Positions 40,086-53,400 are shown, counted from the first letter of the stretch. The stretch is DNA of 64,000 bases from Octopus vulgaris (GCA_951406725.2 OX597815.1:104594001-104658000), one strand, 5' to 3'. Numbers and translations: made by a program. The notes: generated from the letters alone by a model not told the origin.

Positions 40086-41365
40086 GAAATAATAATAATA
40101 ATAATAATAATAATAATCCTTTCTACTATAGGCACAATGCCTGAAATTTTGAGGGAGGTGAGATAGTCGATTATATTGACCCCAGTACTTGACTGGTACC
40201 TTTTACATCAACCCTGAAAGGATGAAAGGCAAAGTCGACCACAGCAGAATTTGAACTTAGAATGTGAAATCAGATGAAATACTGTTAAGCATTTCATCCA
40301 GTATGCTAACAGTTCTGCCAATAATAATAATAATAATAATAATCTTTTCTACTCTAGGCACAAAGCCCGAAATTTTGTGGGAAGGGAGCCAGTCAATTAG
40401 ATCGAGCTCAGTATGCAACTGGTACTTAATTAATCGACCCTGACAGGATGAAAGGCAAAGTCGACGTTAGCAGAATTTGAACACAGAATGTTAAGGCAGA
40501 TGAAATACTATTAAGCATTTCACCCAGCATGCTAACGTTTCTGCCAGCTCTAATGATTTCTAATAAGGACTTGACTGGTACCTTTTACATCAACCCTGAA
40601 AGGATGAAAGGCAAAGTCGACCACAGCAGAATTTGAACTTAGAATGTGAAATCAGATGAAATACTGTTAAGCATTTCATCCAGTATGCTAACAGTTCTGC
40701 CAATAATAATAATAATAATAATAATCTTTTCTACTCTAGGCACAAAGCCCGAAATTTTGTGGGAAGGGAGCCAGTCAATTAGATCGAGCTCAGTATGCAA
40801 CTGGTACTTAATTAATCGACCCTGACAGGATGAAAGGCAAAGTCGACGTTAGCAGAATTTGAACACAGAATGTTAAGGCAGATGAAATACTATTAAGCAT
40901 TTCACCCAGCATGCTAACGTTTCTGCCAGCTCTAATGATTTCTAATTTAGGCAGGTGCCAGCAATTTTGAAGGAAGTATATTAATTGATACTATCAATCT
41001 CTGTACATGATTGGTATTTTATTTTAACAACTATTAAGGATGAAAGGTAAAATTTTAAAGAGCTATATTTCAAATGATTCTGTCAATTACTACTCTAGAG
41101 TATAAATAATAAGGCAACTGATAGGGTTTTTTTTGTGTTTTTTTTTACTAAAACATGGGCCTTACATTTTGGGAGAAGAGTGTGTAGTCAATTCAGTTGA
41201 CACCAGTATTTGACTACTACTTATGTTATCAGCCTTGGTAAAATGACAAACTTAATGCATTTGAACACAGAAAGATAAGAGAACCAAGTAACAACTATAA
41301 TAATCATAATGAAATTTTCTTGAAAGGTGAAAAGCAAAGTTGGCCTTAGCAGAATTTGAAATCAA
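39815..41365 (-). mobile_element. Cluster of ~7 co-oriented tRNA-derived SINE copies
   Basis: Repeated ggatgaaaggcaaagtcgac...cagaatttgaac...ttctgcca modules separated by (AAT)n. Confidence 0.9.
40187..40946. repeat. Apparently exact 378-bp tandem duplication
   Basis: 40187-40564 equals 40569-40946 with spacer aagg; the internal (AAT)n has the same length in both. Confidence 0.93.
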
Positions 41366-41419
41366 AGAATAACGGGACATTGTCAGAACATGAGACATAC
41401 TCTGAATTGTAAGGGACAT

Positions 41420-41457
41420 AATAATAATATCATTTTATTACATTGATGATGATAATG

Positions 41458-41504
<47 letters not shown>

Positions 41505-41557
41505 CCTCATTATCATCATCACTACCATCATCATCATCATCATCACTACCATCATCC

Positions 41558-41597
<40 letters not shown>

Positions 41598-41690
41598 TGT
41601 CATCACCACCACCAACACCTCCAGCACCACCGGTACAACCACCACCACCACCACCGTCATCACCATTATCACCATTGTCATTGTTATCAA
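41420..41690. repeat. Compound (ATA)n(ATC)n(ACC)n microsatellite
   Basis: Read directly from the sequence. Confidence 0.97.
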
Positions 41691-41893
41691 TGTCTTCATC
41701 ATTTCTATTAACTTCATCACATATTGTTATATTGTTATAGCTAAATCTACAAGCTATATTGCCACAATGGATATAATATAACTACTTACATTTACACATG
41801 TAGATGCTTGTGTATATGCATATATATGTTTACATGTGTAAATTTACTTGTATGTTTCTATATCGATTTTTAAATATATGTACAGGTTTACAA

Positions 41894-41929
<36 letters not shown>

Positions 41930-41996
41930 CTATCTAAGAATCCATGAGTCAGGGAAAAATGCACTCATATATCTGCCAGTAGAGTGGGTATATTAA

Positions 41997-42237
41997 TTGA
42001 AGTGTACAGTATTATATTCATTATGGTCAATCTTACCAATCAATTTTGCATTAGGGGTTCAACAGAGTGTTAGGTAATAGCCTGATTATGTAACCTGCAT
42101 TCTTCAGAGATGGCAGTTCATCCCTGGAGAGTGCAGGGTTACATAATTGGACTGTCACCAAACACTCTGTTGAACCCTTAGTGTGAAACTGATTGGTAAG
42201 ATCGGCCAGAATGGATATATAACACAGTACATTTCAA
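41997..42237. mobile_element. ~240-bp palindromic element; each arm carries a degenerate type I hammerhead
   Basis: Arms 41997-42112 and 42119-42237 with loop gcagtt. Plus arm: ATCC-CTGGAGA-GTGCAGGGTT..AACCCTTAGTGT-GAAA-CTGATTGG-TA-AGAT. Minus arm: ATCT-CTGAAGA-ATGC...ATGC-AAAA-TTGATTGG-TA-AGAT. Confidence 0.8.
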
Positions 42238-42549
42238 CAAATATATATATGTATATATGTGCAAGACAATGGAATTTGTTGTTGTTTCAGCTTATGATTA
42301 AACCTATGATTAAAGGTATTACAGTCATAACTATCCCATCTTCTTTTCATGCATAGTGTATTGTCGACTACACTTTCAAATAGGCATACATTTTAGCAAT
42401 GACAGTGTCTAATTTGAGGGAGATTTATTGTTCATTGTAGCTGGTTGAATTACCACATAGATGCTTCTTATTTGGTTGTAATCAAACAGAAGATAAATCC
42501 AAGTACACAGAAGGCACTTGTAGTACAATTGTAAGTATAATATAAAACA

Positions 42550-42783
42550 TTAACCCTTTTGATAATGACAAGGGGTGGTCTCAGACCACCCCTTGATCTA
42601 TGACTAAAACTTCTTGCTTTAAAGTGATCTAAATTAGAATCTTCCATCAAAATTTCATGTTAATTTATGCTCCAAATACCAGTTTAATAATGACAGTTAT
42701 TTTATCAAATGTTTCATTATTTTCAAAATTAATTGAAACAAAAGTTTTGTATTTCAACAGAAATATAATTACAAAAGATATAA
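42550..42783. mobile_element. piggyBac-type MITE
   Basis: Left end TTAA-CCCTTTTG; decayed right end caaaagatataa. Confidence 0.55.
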
Positions 42784-43204
42784 AGGAAAACTAAAGTGAT
42801 TCAGTGAGAGTAGTGAAAGCTGAGACAGTCAGTGTACACTTTATCTTAGACCAGACATGTCCTCCCTGGCAGCTAAATGCTTATGACAATTATTTCCTGC
42901 AGTTATTTTTAGTGAGTTTATCAATCAAGAGAAGCTGATTGTTGCATCCTTGTTATTTGTTTATATTTGATATATTTCTTTGAACCATTCAAAATAATAT
43001 GTTCACTAACACACTACACCTACAGATTCTTTCTCTCTCTCTTTGTGCATGTGTGTCTACTCCTCTGAACTTAGCAACAGCCTACTTTCTCCACACAAGC
43101 CTACATAAAACCTGTCCAATACAATACACTACCACCTTCACTATACCTCACCTCAAAAACTTAAAAGTTGGTAAAGTGACACTCTTTGGTATATTCCTAT
43201 TTTT

Positions 43205-43335
43205 ATATGGTTAGGGTACCAGACTTACAATCATAACACTCTGGGTTTGATTCAGTGACTGGATGACATGTTGTGTCCTCGAGTAAGGCATTTGTTTCAG
43301 TTTGTTCCAATTTACTCAGCTAAAAACTGAGTATC
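43205..43335 (+). mobile_element. Partial tRNA-derived SINE, second family
   Basis: tggttagggta...gggtttgattc...gttgtgtcctcgagtaaggca. Confidence 0.7.
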
Positions 43336-43529
43336 AGCCTAGTTCTGATGCAGAACTATCTTTCTCCTGCCGTCACATCATGGATGTTCTCTTGGGTCAA
43401 GAACAGGGGAAGATGAGGGTGAGGTTATGTCTGCTCACCACTCCAAAGACATCTAAAACTATTATCTAAAGCATTGAATATACTACTGAGCTATACTTGT
43501 TTGCAAGTGTCAGTTGTAGTAATAAGTAA

Positions 43530-43580
<51 letters not shown>

Positions 43581-43689
43581 CAGCGGCGGCAGTAGCAGCA
43601 GCAGCAGTATTAGGAGTAGGAGGAGGAGGAGGAGGAGGTGGAAGATTGTAGGACATCTTTCTTGTGATTTAGTATTGTAGTTGGTCTCC

Positions 43690-45110
43690 ATTTTTGGATG
43701 GCACTTTTCATGAATTCTAAAACTTCTTGGTGATAATTTATACATCCCTATTGACTCAAGGATCTATGAATGTGGCACACACTACAAAACTGTAGGCAGA
43801 AGAAATTATGTAATGCCTGAATATAATGCTGGCATTATGTAATTCTGGTTCTGCCTGTAGTCTTCTAATATTCTTTTATTCATGAGCTAATGATCTCTAT
43901 AGTCATATTTTCCTGTCCAGCTTAGGCTATTTTGTTGTTCTTCTATAAGTATTCCATTGTACATTTGACAACTGTATGTTTTTTTTTTATTTGTAGGTAA
44001 ATTTTAAGATTGTATTATTCAGTTCTGGTTTATTTCTATTTGTGTTTTTCTAATACTGGATTTAACAATACGTAGTGTGATTTTGTATTGCTAGGTGATT
44101 CTGTATGGTTAAGTGTCAATGCTGAATTTTTCTATGTCTACTTTTCATTCCAAAGATTTTAAAGTTCATGTTACAATAATATCCAGGACTACGAGTGAGC
44201 ATGTGGTGGGTATGCTTGTTGCTTGTGGAGCAAACTTACTGCATACATCATGCATAATTGTCATAAAGTGCAGTAGCTTTTTGAGAATATCTTGTGTAGA
44301 GAGATTTGTAGACCAGTTTTGTTTCATGACCTCTTTCTAACACCCTTCCAATCTGCTTTATGAAAATTCAGGCTAGAAAGGAGTATGGAGCTTCTAGTAG
44401 CCTGCATGTCTGCAGTTTTCTGCAGACCATACATTGTTAGTTTTATTAAGTTATGGTCTGAGAAAATAGTCAGCGTTACCTTAGCATTATGGATGAGTGA
44501 GTATGTTTGTGAGGTCAAACAGAGATTCTGCTTGTCTCTTCATGCAGTGACATAGCCAAGAGAAGGTGACAGTCAGGCCATTTAACATTATGGAGACTGA
44601 AGTCTCCTAGAAGAAGTATGTGAAAGCTGTCATTAAAGTTGGTTAATAAGTCCACCATCTTTTTAAGGCACTCTTCGAATCAGTTCCCCTGTTTCTGGAG
44701 AATCAGGTGGGAGATATGTAGTGCATCATCATCATCATCGTTTAACGTTCACCTTTCATGATAGCATGGGTGAGACAAATGTGTACTGCCAGAGTGTCAT
44801 GAACTGAATTTGAATGTGACAACAGGACTACAGGCATGACATCTTCACAGATGTACATTGCAACTCTACCATGTGTTCATTCACTGACAGTTTGAAATAC
44901 AACATAATTGGTGTGTGTATCTCAGTATCTGAAATGTGTACATTTAGATGTGTTTCTGTTGGCACCATGCTTATTGCTTGATTACAAATTCCTATGTCTC
45001 TCAAGTACGGAGTTTTGCATCAGTGAGATGTTACAAGACCCCTGACATTCAGCAGATATACTAGTGTGACATATAGGGTATCAATAGTGGCCAGTTGTCT
45101 GACATTTGTA
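43690..45110 (-). mobile_element. CR1/Jockey-group LINE relic (APE endonuclease region)
   Basis: LLNVRGL, ETHL, TIFSDHNLI (SDH motif), LNFHKADWK; interrupted by a (cat)n tail at ~44725. Confidence 0.75.
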
Positions 45111-45850
45111 GAAATGTCAGAGGTGGCTGCACTGGATCTTTTGCAGTTTGCAGTAGTCTTGAGTGCTGGTGTGTTTCTCTGACTCAATGTCTGATGAAGC
45201 AAGGTTAGTTACCTTATAATCCTCTGTACCATTTCCAAAAAAAGAAGCTGTTTAGCATCTGCTGTCCACACCGTGTATACATGGTGTTTCTTATGTCTGA
45301 TGAAACCAGGTCAGCTATTTTACAATCCTCTCTGTTTCCAAAAATGCTGCTCAGCATCTGCTGTCCACAATGTGTATACAAATTGTTTCTTCTTAGGAAC
45401 AGTATGTGCACTAACCACATTTCCAAGGAGGAGGCATTGTGACTTGTGACTTGGTCTTGTGCCCTTATTGATTCTGATGTAATTATTTGTCTTCTTGGGG
45501 ACAGTTCTTCCTGGCCTTGGGTTAAGTAAGACAAGTACCACTCATATTGTCTAATTACTCAATGCGCAGTTTAATCAATACATACAAATGAATGAATTTA
45601 TTCTTTTTCCTTTTGATTTGAGCTATGATTTGATGAAAACCAAAACTCTTCAAGGTCTCCACGATTGGAGCATTTGGTGGTGATCCTCCTGCTAGGTTCC
45701 ATGCACAGAGCATTGTTTTCATTTCTTCAAACTGTCAGTTTCTTTGTATTTTAAAGGCAATTCTATCTTTGGTATAACTGAGGTCGATGTTGCAGAGATG
45801 GGAGGGAGAGAGAGCAGGAAAAAATAGAGATAGATATGCAGAGAAAGGGT

Positions 45851-45890
<40 letters not shown>

Positions 45891-47514
45891 TAAAAGTAGT
45901 CAAGGAAAGCAGATAGAGGAGAGACAGAGAAACGTGAATAGAGATGAAGAAACTGAGAGAGAAAAACTAGGATAAGATAGAGGGACTTAGAGGTAGTCAG
46001 GAAAAGTAGAGAGAGAAGGAATAAGAAAGAGAGCAAGAGATTGATGTGAATGGAAATTCAGTGGTAGAGAGTGCTCATTTAGCATCCATGTTCCATACTG
46101 GCATGGGTTGAATAGTTACATATGTATGTTACAGATGTATATCTGTGTGTGTTTGTGTGTATGTGTGCATGTGTGTGTATTGATAGATAAATAAATAGAT
46201 AGATTGATAGATATGTTATATATTATTAGTGATGAAAGTAGTATTAGTTCAAAATAGCAGTTTGTATATAATACTTGAAACAGATATGTAACTGAAAACC
46301 CACTAGACTGTGGTATTGGTCTCATGAAAGCATCTCTTATGGGTGTATAGTGTTAAAAAGCATGGAGATATAACAATAGCAGATGAAAATCGTACAAAAC
46401 AAAGATGACATTGCTAAATATGTATCACATACATAAATATGTATTAAATATTTGTATACAAGTTAAAACAGAATCTAAAGAGACTGGTGATCATCTGCAT
46501 CACCAAAACTCACTATTTAGTAGAATGACAGAAAGCATACTGTGAAATTGCCATGGGAAGTAATTATATAATGTTTCTGAGAGATTCCTTCTTCAGTGTT
46601 AAGATAAGAGGTGAAAAAGGCAAAACAGCAGAGATTTACATCTTTGTTTGAATGACTGGTTGCAACTGATCAGGAGCAGGAGACAACATGAGCTTGCATA
46701 TCTTGAGATGAAGAAAGAGGAGAAAGTAATCAGGTGAGAGATGATAAAAGAAAGGCAAACAGAGGAAGAGAAATGCCTGAAGGTGAGGTGAAGGAAAACA
46801 TTAAAATGACAGACATTAGAATATCAGATAAAATTCTTTGTGGTATTTAAGATCAACTTGCTTTCATCTTTTTAGTCTCAATGAATAAAGTATCAGTTTA
46901 GGGAGATTGTCTGGCAGAATTGCTAGTGCATCAGGTTGGGTGTGTATTTGTTCCAGCTTTTGCATTCAATATTTGTTCCAGGCTTTGCATTCTGAGTTCA
47001 AACTTCGCTATGGCCTAATTGGATGATTGATTTAATATGTAACTTTACCTCACCACCAATCTTTAATTGCCTTTAATAGTATCTTCTCTGTTTCAAGTAT
47101 TTGGATCAGATGTATAGTTTGAAGCTATCTCTTTTCTTCCCTCCCACCAGTTTCAGAGGCCCTGTAAGAAATCATGAGCATCATCTTTCCTCTTGACTAA
47201 GGGACATATATATTTCTATATATTTTTACAATTGATAACCCATCCAATCCATAAAAGCACAGGAAGATGTATATATAATGATGATGATGATAATATGTCC
47301 ATCCCCATTTATATGTAATGCCAATTTGTAAAGCATTTGTGTAGGTATGAATGGGTCTTACAGCAAAATCCAAGAAAGTATTGACCTAGTGATTCAGAAG
47401 TTTATTTCACTATCATAAGGTCCAAGGTTTGATCCCACAAATCACTAGTCTTTACATTAGAAATTGTGAATGTTACTATTATCCTCATGATCATCATCAA
47501 CACTGTTGTTGTAT

Positions 47515-48040
47515 TATTATTTTTATTATTATTATTCATTAGTTTTATTTTTTATCATGTGCTTTTGCTGCACTACCAAGTGTAGCTCTGTGAGCCTTGG
47601 GTATGAACTGTGGTTCATGGTGATGCTCTTATTTTTAGTGTATTGAAAAGGTTTTATGATGGATGTGTGTGGTGCCTAGTAGTGCTATTTTCTGTGTGTT
47701 ATATATACTTGTTAGTCTTGGTGTTTTTGTTATGTATTTGTCTGAATATTTTCTATCACACCTAATACGCCCAATATGATAGGAATTGTTTGTTTTTAGA
47801 CTCCCCATTCAAGTTAACTATATTTCCAGGTCTTTGTATTTTGAAAGTTTCTCCATTTCTTTTAGAGAAACATTGTCATCTGTTAGTATTGATGTATCAA
47901 TTAGAAAGCATTTTTTTCTTTATGATCTCTGACAACTATTGGCCTTAATTTCTCTATCTGTGTGTATTGGCATATCCCATAGTATGGTTGCCTTCTCATT
48001 TTCTGTGACCCTTTCTGGCATGTGCCTATACCATATTTTA
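47515..48040 (-). mobile_element. 3' end of an R4/Dong-like element (RLE domain plus 3' UTR)
   Basis: WYRHMPERVTENEKATILWDMPIHTDREIKAN, KEMEKLSKYKDLEI, QKIALLGTTHI, then a (TAA)n tail on the minus strand. Confidence 0.9.
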
Positions 48041-48078
48041 TTATCATCATTATTATCATCATCATCATCATCATCATT

Positions 48079-48119
<41 letters not shown>

Positions 48120-48129
48120 TATTATTATT

Positions 48130-48445
48130 GCTTAAAATTTTGGCAAAGAGCCAGTAATTATGAGGGAGAGGGCAAATCAATTACATTGAGCCCAGTGTTT
48201 CACTGGTACCTTTTTTTATTGACTCCAAAAAGATGAAAAGCAAAGTTTACCTCAGCAGAATTTGAACTCACAATATAAAGATGGATGGATTGCCCCTAAG
48301 AATTTCGTCCATCTTTTCATTCTGATTTCAAATTCCACACAGGTTGACTTTGCCATTCAGGTTCGATAAATTGAGTACCAGTGAGACACTGGGGTCGATG
48401 TAATCGATTAGAACCTCCCTCAAAAAATTTAGTTGAAAGGATTAT
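48130..48445. mobile_element. Two divergently oriented SINE copies
   Basis: Minus copy ~48130-48310; plus copy ~48315-48445 ending gaaagg-(att)n. Confidence 0.8.
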
Positions 48446-48460
48446 TATTGTTATTATTAT

Positions 48461-48999
48461 TCAATGAGAGAGCAGTGCATGCCATCAAAGTGACTTGGGG
48501 TACAAATATACAGAGCCCAGTATACTCATCATCACTATCTGTCTGATAATGGGTACACCAGGTACATGTATCACAACCATATGTATAAAACATGATAATC
48601 TCACATCAAGATAAACAATGCATGACCTTTCAGGTGGTGCCTAGTTAGAATTTTCTTCAGGTTGAGTAGACCATCCCACTCAAAAGGTCCCTGAATAAAG
48701 ATTGTTTAAGGATGTTGAATAAAACATGCATGTTTCCAGGGATGAATTATTCAAACACCAAACAGTTCCTGTCAGCACATGGCTATGATGTTCCCCCACT
48801 GCTTCTGCTCATGATCAGACATGCACATGTTGTCAGTCACTAAGGGACATGCTCAACTGGTTACGGTCAAACAACTGGCAAGTAAATCTGTGGTACTAAG
48901 CAAAGTGTTTGCTATAGCCCATCATTTATACCAAGACAAAACATGTACATGATAACACTTCCAATCAGTTAAGATCAGAAGCTATGAGAGCCAGTACTG
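48461..48999 (-). mobile_element. ~550-bp TAA-bounded element
   Basis: Reverse-complement homolog of 20902-21430. Confidence 0.92.
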
Positions 49000-49005
49000 T
49001 TATTA

Positions 49006-49063
<58 letters not shown>

Positions 49064-49107
49064 TATTTAGTGAGAGAGCAGTGATGGCAGGCACTGCTCT
49101 CGCACTC

Positions 49108-49179
<72 letters not shown>

Positions 49180-51175
49180 CTGGAAAAAATGGAGTCCTGC
49201 CACATGAGCAGAAGGGTTGCAAGTGTAAGTGCAGAGGTACCAAAGATCAACTCCTAGTAGACAAAATTGTACTTAGAGACTGCAAGAAGAGGAAAACTAA
49301 CTTAGCTATGTCATGGATTGATTATCATAAGGTGTACGATATGATCCAACATTCTTGGATTATGGAATGTATGAATCTATGGAATGTATGAACGCATTGA
49401 ATGTTGAGTGATTGCTTGGAAAAACTATGGTGAAGTGGAAGGCGGAACTGACAGCATATGGTAGAAGTTTAGGTATAATAGAAATCAGGAGAGGCATCTT
49501 ACAAGGGGACTGCCTGTCCCCACTGATCTTTGTACTGTGCATGATACAACTAACACTGATTCTGAGAAAAGTAAAGGCTGAGTATGTATTCAAAAGCCGC
49601 CAACAAAAAGTCAACCACGTGTTATTCATGGATGACCTCAAACTTTATGGTAAAGATGAATCCCAAGTCAGTTCCCTCGTTGATATGATGTATACTTTCA
49701 GTGTTGATATCAGAATGGAGCTTGGACTGAAAAAGTATTGTGTGTTAGTCTTCAAGAGATGCAAAATCAAATGTAATGATGGGCTAGTGATACTGTCAGG
49801 GGAGGTTATGAAGTAGAGAGAAAAAATAGGCTATAAGTACTTGGGGATATTGGAAATGGATAAATTGATGGAGAAAGAAATGACAGAAGTATTTGAGGTG
49901 GATTACTTGCACAAACTGAGACTGATCCTTATGTCGAAATTAAATGAATGGAATAAGATTAAAGCTATCAACACCTGGGTGGTTTCACTCCTTAGATAGG
50001 GGGCAGGGGTAATCGCATGGATAATAGACGAACTAAACAGCTTAGACAGAAAGACAAGGAAGTTGCTAACTAGACATGGGATACTTCACCCCCAAAAGTG
50101 ACACAGACAGACAGTATGTAGCAAGAAAAAGAGAGGGAAGAGGACTGATTGGATGCAAACACAGCATTAGAGCAGAAGAAAAGAACATAGCATGGTATGT
50201 AAAAAATGCCACAGAACCACTATTATTGGAAGTAAAAAGGTCAGGCTTGTGTAGGATGGAAGATTGCAAAGATAAAGCACTGTACAAGCACTTGAGAATG
50301 AATGAAACTGAAAATAGGTGGATAAAGAAAATAATGCATGGACAATTTCATAGGGATATTGAAGATAAGATAGACAGAGAAAAAAGATGGTTATGGATGA
50401 CTAAAATTGATTTAAAACCGAAAACAGAGGCTCTAATCTGTGCTGCCCAAGAGCAAGCACTAAGAATGAATTACATCAAATATAGAATAGACAACACATC
50501 AGAAGGTGATAAGTGCAGAATTTGTGGACAAAATGGTGAAACCATATGACATATTACCAGTCAATGTACACTACTAGCCCAGGAAGAATATAAGAGATGT
50601 CATGACAATATAGCAAGGATTGTCTGTTGTACACTTTGCAACAAGTATGGACTTGACAGAGCACAAAGTGGTACAAACAGAAACCCGGAGGCATCATCAA
50701 AAATGATAATGCAGAGATCCTATCAGATTTTATGATTCAGTGCAACCATGAGATAGGGAATAGGAAGCCAGACATAGTGTTAATTGAGAAAGAAAGCAAA
50801 CGATGCTGCATCATAGATATAGTATGCCCAGCTGAAAACAAGGTATGTGATGAAAGAAATGTCAATAAATATGACGATAAATATGTCAATAAATATGTCA
50901 ATGAATATGACATGTTAACTTGGGAGGTTAAGCAATTGTGGTCAATGAAAAAGGTGGTAGTAGTACCAATAATTGTTGGCAACAGTGAGTAAAAATCTTG
51001 AAAAGTACATAGAACATATAAGGGCTGGAATAAGGGTGAAGCACTTGCAGAAAACAACACTGCTTGGAACCGCTTGAATACTCTGGCTGGTGCTCGGAAA
51101 ATAAGGAGTGACCTTAGTTCACTGGTAGTGAACAGCTGGCACCATAGCACATCTCCAGTGATAGAAGCTGGATAA
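49180..51175 (+). mobile_element. 5'-truncated R4/Dong-like RLE non-LTR retrotransposon (RT, CCHC, restriction-like endonuclease), inactivated
   Basis: EQKGC...[54 protein letters not shown]...HITSQC, RCHDNI, KPDIVL..IIDI. Stops and frameshifts present; (TAA)n at both ends. Confidence 0.95.
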
Positions 51176-51184
51176 ATGATAATG

Positions 51185-51237
<53 letters not shown>

Positions 51238-51257
51238 CATAATAATAATAATAATAC

Positions 51258-51810
51258 TTGAGTAAGAGAGCAGTGCATGCCATCAAAGTGACACTTGGGT
51301 AAAGTATAAGATGCCCAGTATACTCATCATGACTACCTGTCTGATAATGGTACACCAGGTACATGCATCACAACCATATGTGCATGACATGGTGATCTCA
51401 TATCAAGATAAACAGCTTATGACCTTGCAGGTGGGGCCCAGTTAGAATTTTCTTCAGGTTGAGTATACCATCCCACTTGAAAGGTCCCTGAATAAGAGTT
51501 GTTTAAGGATGCTGAACAAAACACCCATGTTTCCAAAAGTGAATTATCAAAACTCCAAACAATTCCTTTCAACACATGGCTATGATGCACCCCACTACCT
51601 CTGTTCATAATTGGAGATGCACATATCGTCAGCCACTAAGGAACGTGCTCAACTGGTTAAGGTCAAACAACTGACAAGCAAATCTGTGGTATTGAGCAAA
51701 ATTTTGCTGTAGCTCATCTTTTATACCAAGACAAAACAATGTACACGATAACACTTCCAATCAGTTAAGATCAGAAGCCATGAGAGCCACTGCCTGGTAC
51801 TGCATCAGGG
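51258..51810 (-). mobile_element. Full-length ~550-bp TAA-bounded element
   Basis: Minus strand starts ccctgatgcagtaccaggcagtggctctcatggc and ends cactgctctcttactcaa. Confidence 0.92.
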
Positions 51811-51811
51811 C

Positions 51812-51869
<58 letters not shown>

Positions 51870-53135
51870 TAGGCAGTGAGTTAGCAGAATCCTTAGCAAG
51901 CCGGGGAAAATGATTAGTGGTATTTTGTCTGTCTTTATGTTCTGAGTTAAAATTTCCCCAAGGTTGAATTTGCCTTTCATTTTCAGGTTGGTAAATAAGT
52001 ACCTGTCAAAAACCAGGCTCAAATTTCAGGCTTTGTGCCTATAGTGGAAAGGATTATAATTATTATCATTGATGTTAAATCAGAAGCAATTATTTTGCTG
52101 TTATTATTATTGTAGAGAAGCAGAATAACTAGAGAGTCAGAAAAAATGTCTTGTAGCTTTGTTCTTCTGGATCATTATGTTTTGAGTTGAAATCCAACTG
52201 AGGTTAACTTTGCCCTTCATAGTCAAATAGCCTTGAAATCTTTCTCAGTGTGTATTGGCATACCATAAAGCATAGTAGTTTTGTTGTTCTTGAAGACCTT
52301 TTCTGGTGTATGCTTTTACCATAATTTTCAGTCGGTAATTCTGTCTTGAATCCTTTTAGGACTGTAGCAGGATGTGTAGCAAAAGATGTTGTTGAGGTAG
52401 CAGATGAAATAGGCATGTGGATGACATCAAAGTAAAACAATGGGAAAGTATCAGATTGTGGTTTAAATAATTTATTTAATCAACACTTGCATTTATGTGT
52501 TGTATGCACAAGGAAATCCGTTACATGACATTACCATCTTGCTTTGAGTTGACGAAGTAAAAAATAAACAGGAGAAATACTGTGTTGATGTGACGAGGTA
52601 GAACTGGGCATGTTTTGTGTCTGTGTATGCTTTGGTCATTCAGTCGTGTCTGTTTATGTTCTGCAACTGCTGGCAGAATCATTAGCTCACTGGACAAAAA
52701 TGCATAGTGATATTTCTTCCAGCTTTATATTCTGAATTCAAATTCTGCCAAACTCAGCTCTGTCGTTCATACTTTCAGGGTCGATAAAATAAGTACCAGT
52801 TGAATGCTGGGGTCAAGGTAATTGACTTATCCCCTCTCACAGAATTGCTGGCCTTCTGCCAAAATTTGAAATCATTATTATTATTTTGGTGCCCCAGCAT
52901 GGCTGTGGCCTTCGGGCTAAAATATTTTAAGGATTTAAGGAGTTAAAGCAGTGAGTTGGCAGAGTCATTAGCCCTCTGGACAAAAATGCATTGTGACATT
53001 TCTTCCAGATTTATATTCAAATTCAAATTCCATTGAGGTCAACTTTGCCTGTTTTTTACCTTTCAGGATTGAGGAAATAAGCACCAAATGAGCACTGGGG
53101 TTGATGTAATAGATTAGACCTTACTACCAAAAATA
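51870..53135 (+). mobile_element. Cluster of plus-strand tRNA-derived SINEs with a small minus-strand Dong fragment
   Basis: SINEs at ~51870-52060, 52115-52220, 52665-52875 and 52945-53135; HTPEKVFKNNKTTMLYGMPIHTEKDFKA at ~52225-52330(-). Confidence 0.8.
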
Positions 53136-53400
53136 CCAATAATAACTGGGCATTGGGCATCATAAAAAGCATACGAACAAAACGTAGAAGCTATATCTGG
53201 ATCTTCAACACTACACACTATCCAAAAAATAGCCCTGCTAGGAATAGACAACATCCTATGCAAGACACTATCACTTCAATAATACAACCTAAACAAAACA
53301 ACCCACAAACACAAGACACACACTATACAGCAATTACCCAGTGAAATAAACTTCCACCAGCAAGTTAGGTAACCAATGCATTACACACTCAACTCATAAT
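53136..53400 (+). mobile_element. 3' end of an R4/Dong-like element
   Basis: PIITGALGIIK...IQKIALLGIDNILCKTL. Confidence 0.75.

Noticed and set aside
48461-51810. LTR retrotransposon (two direct ~550-bp repeats flanking an RT)
   Set aside because: The RT is a non-LTR RLE type on the opposite strand. The repeats lack TG...CA ends, are diverged from each other, are separated from the RT by microsatellites, and occur solo elsewhere.
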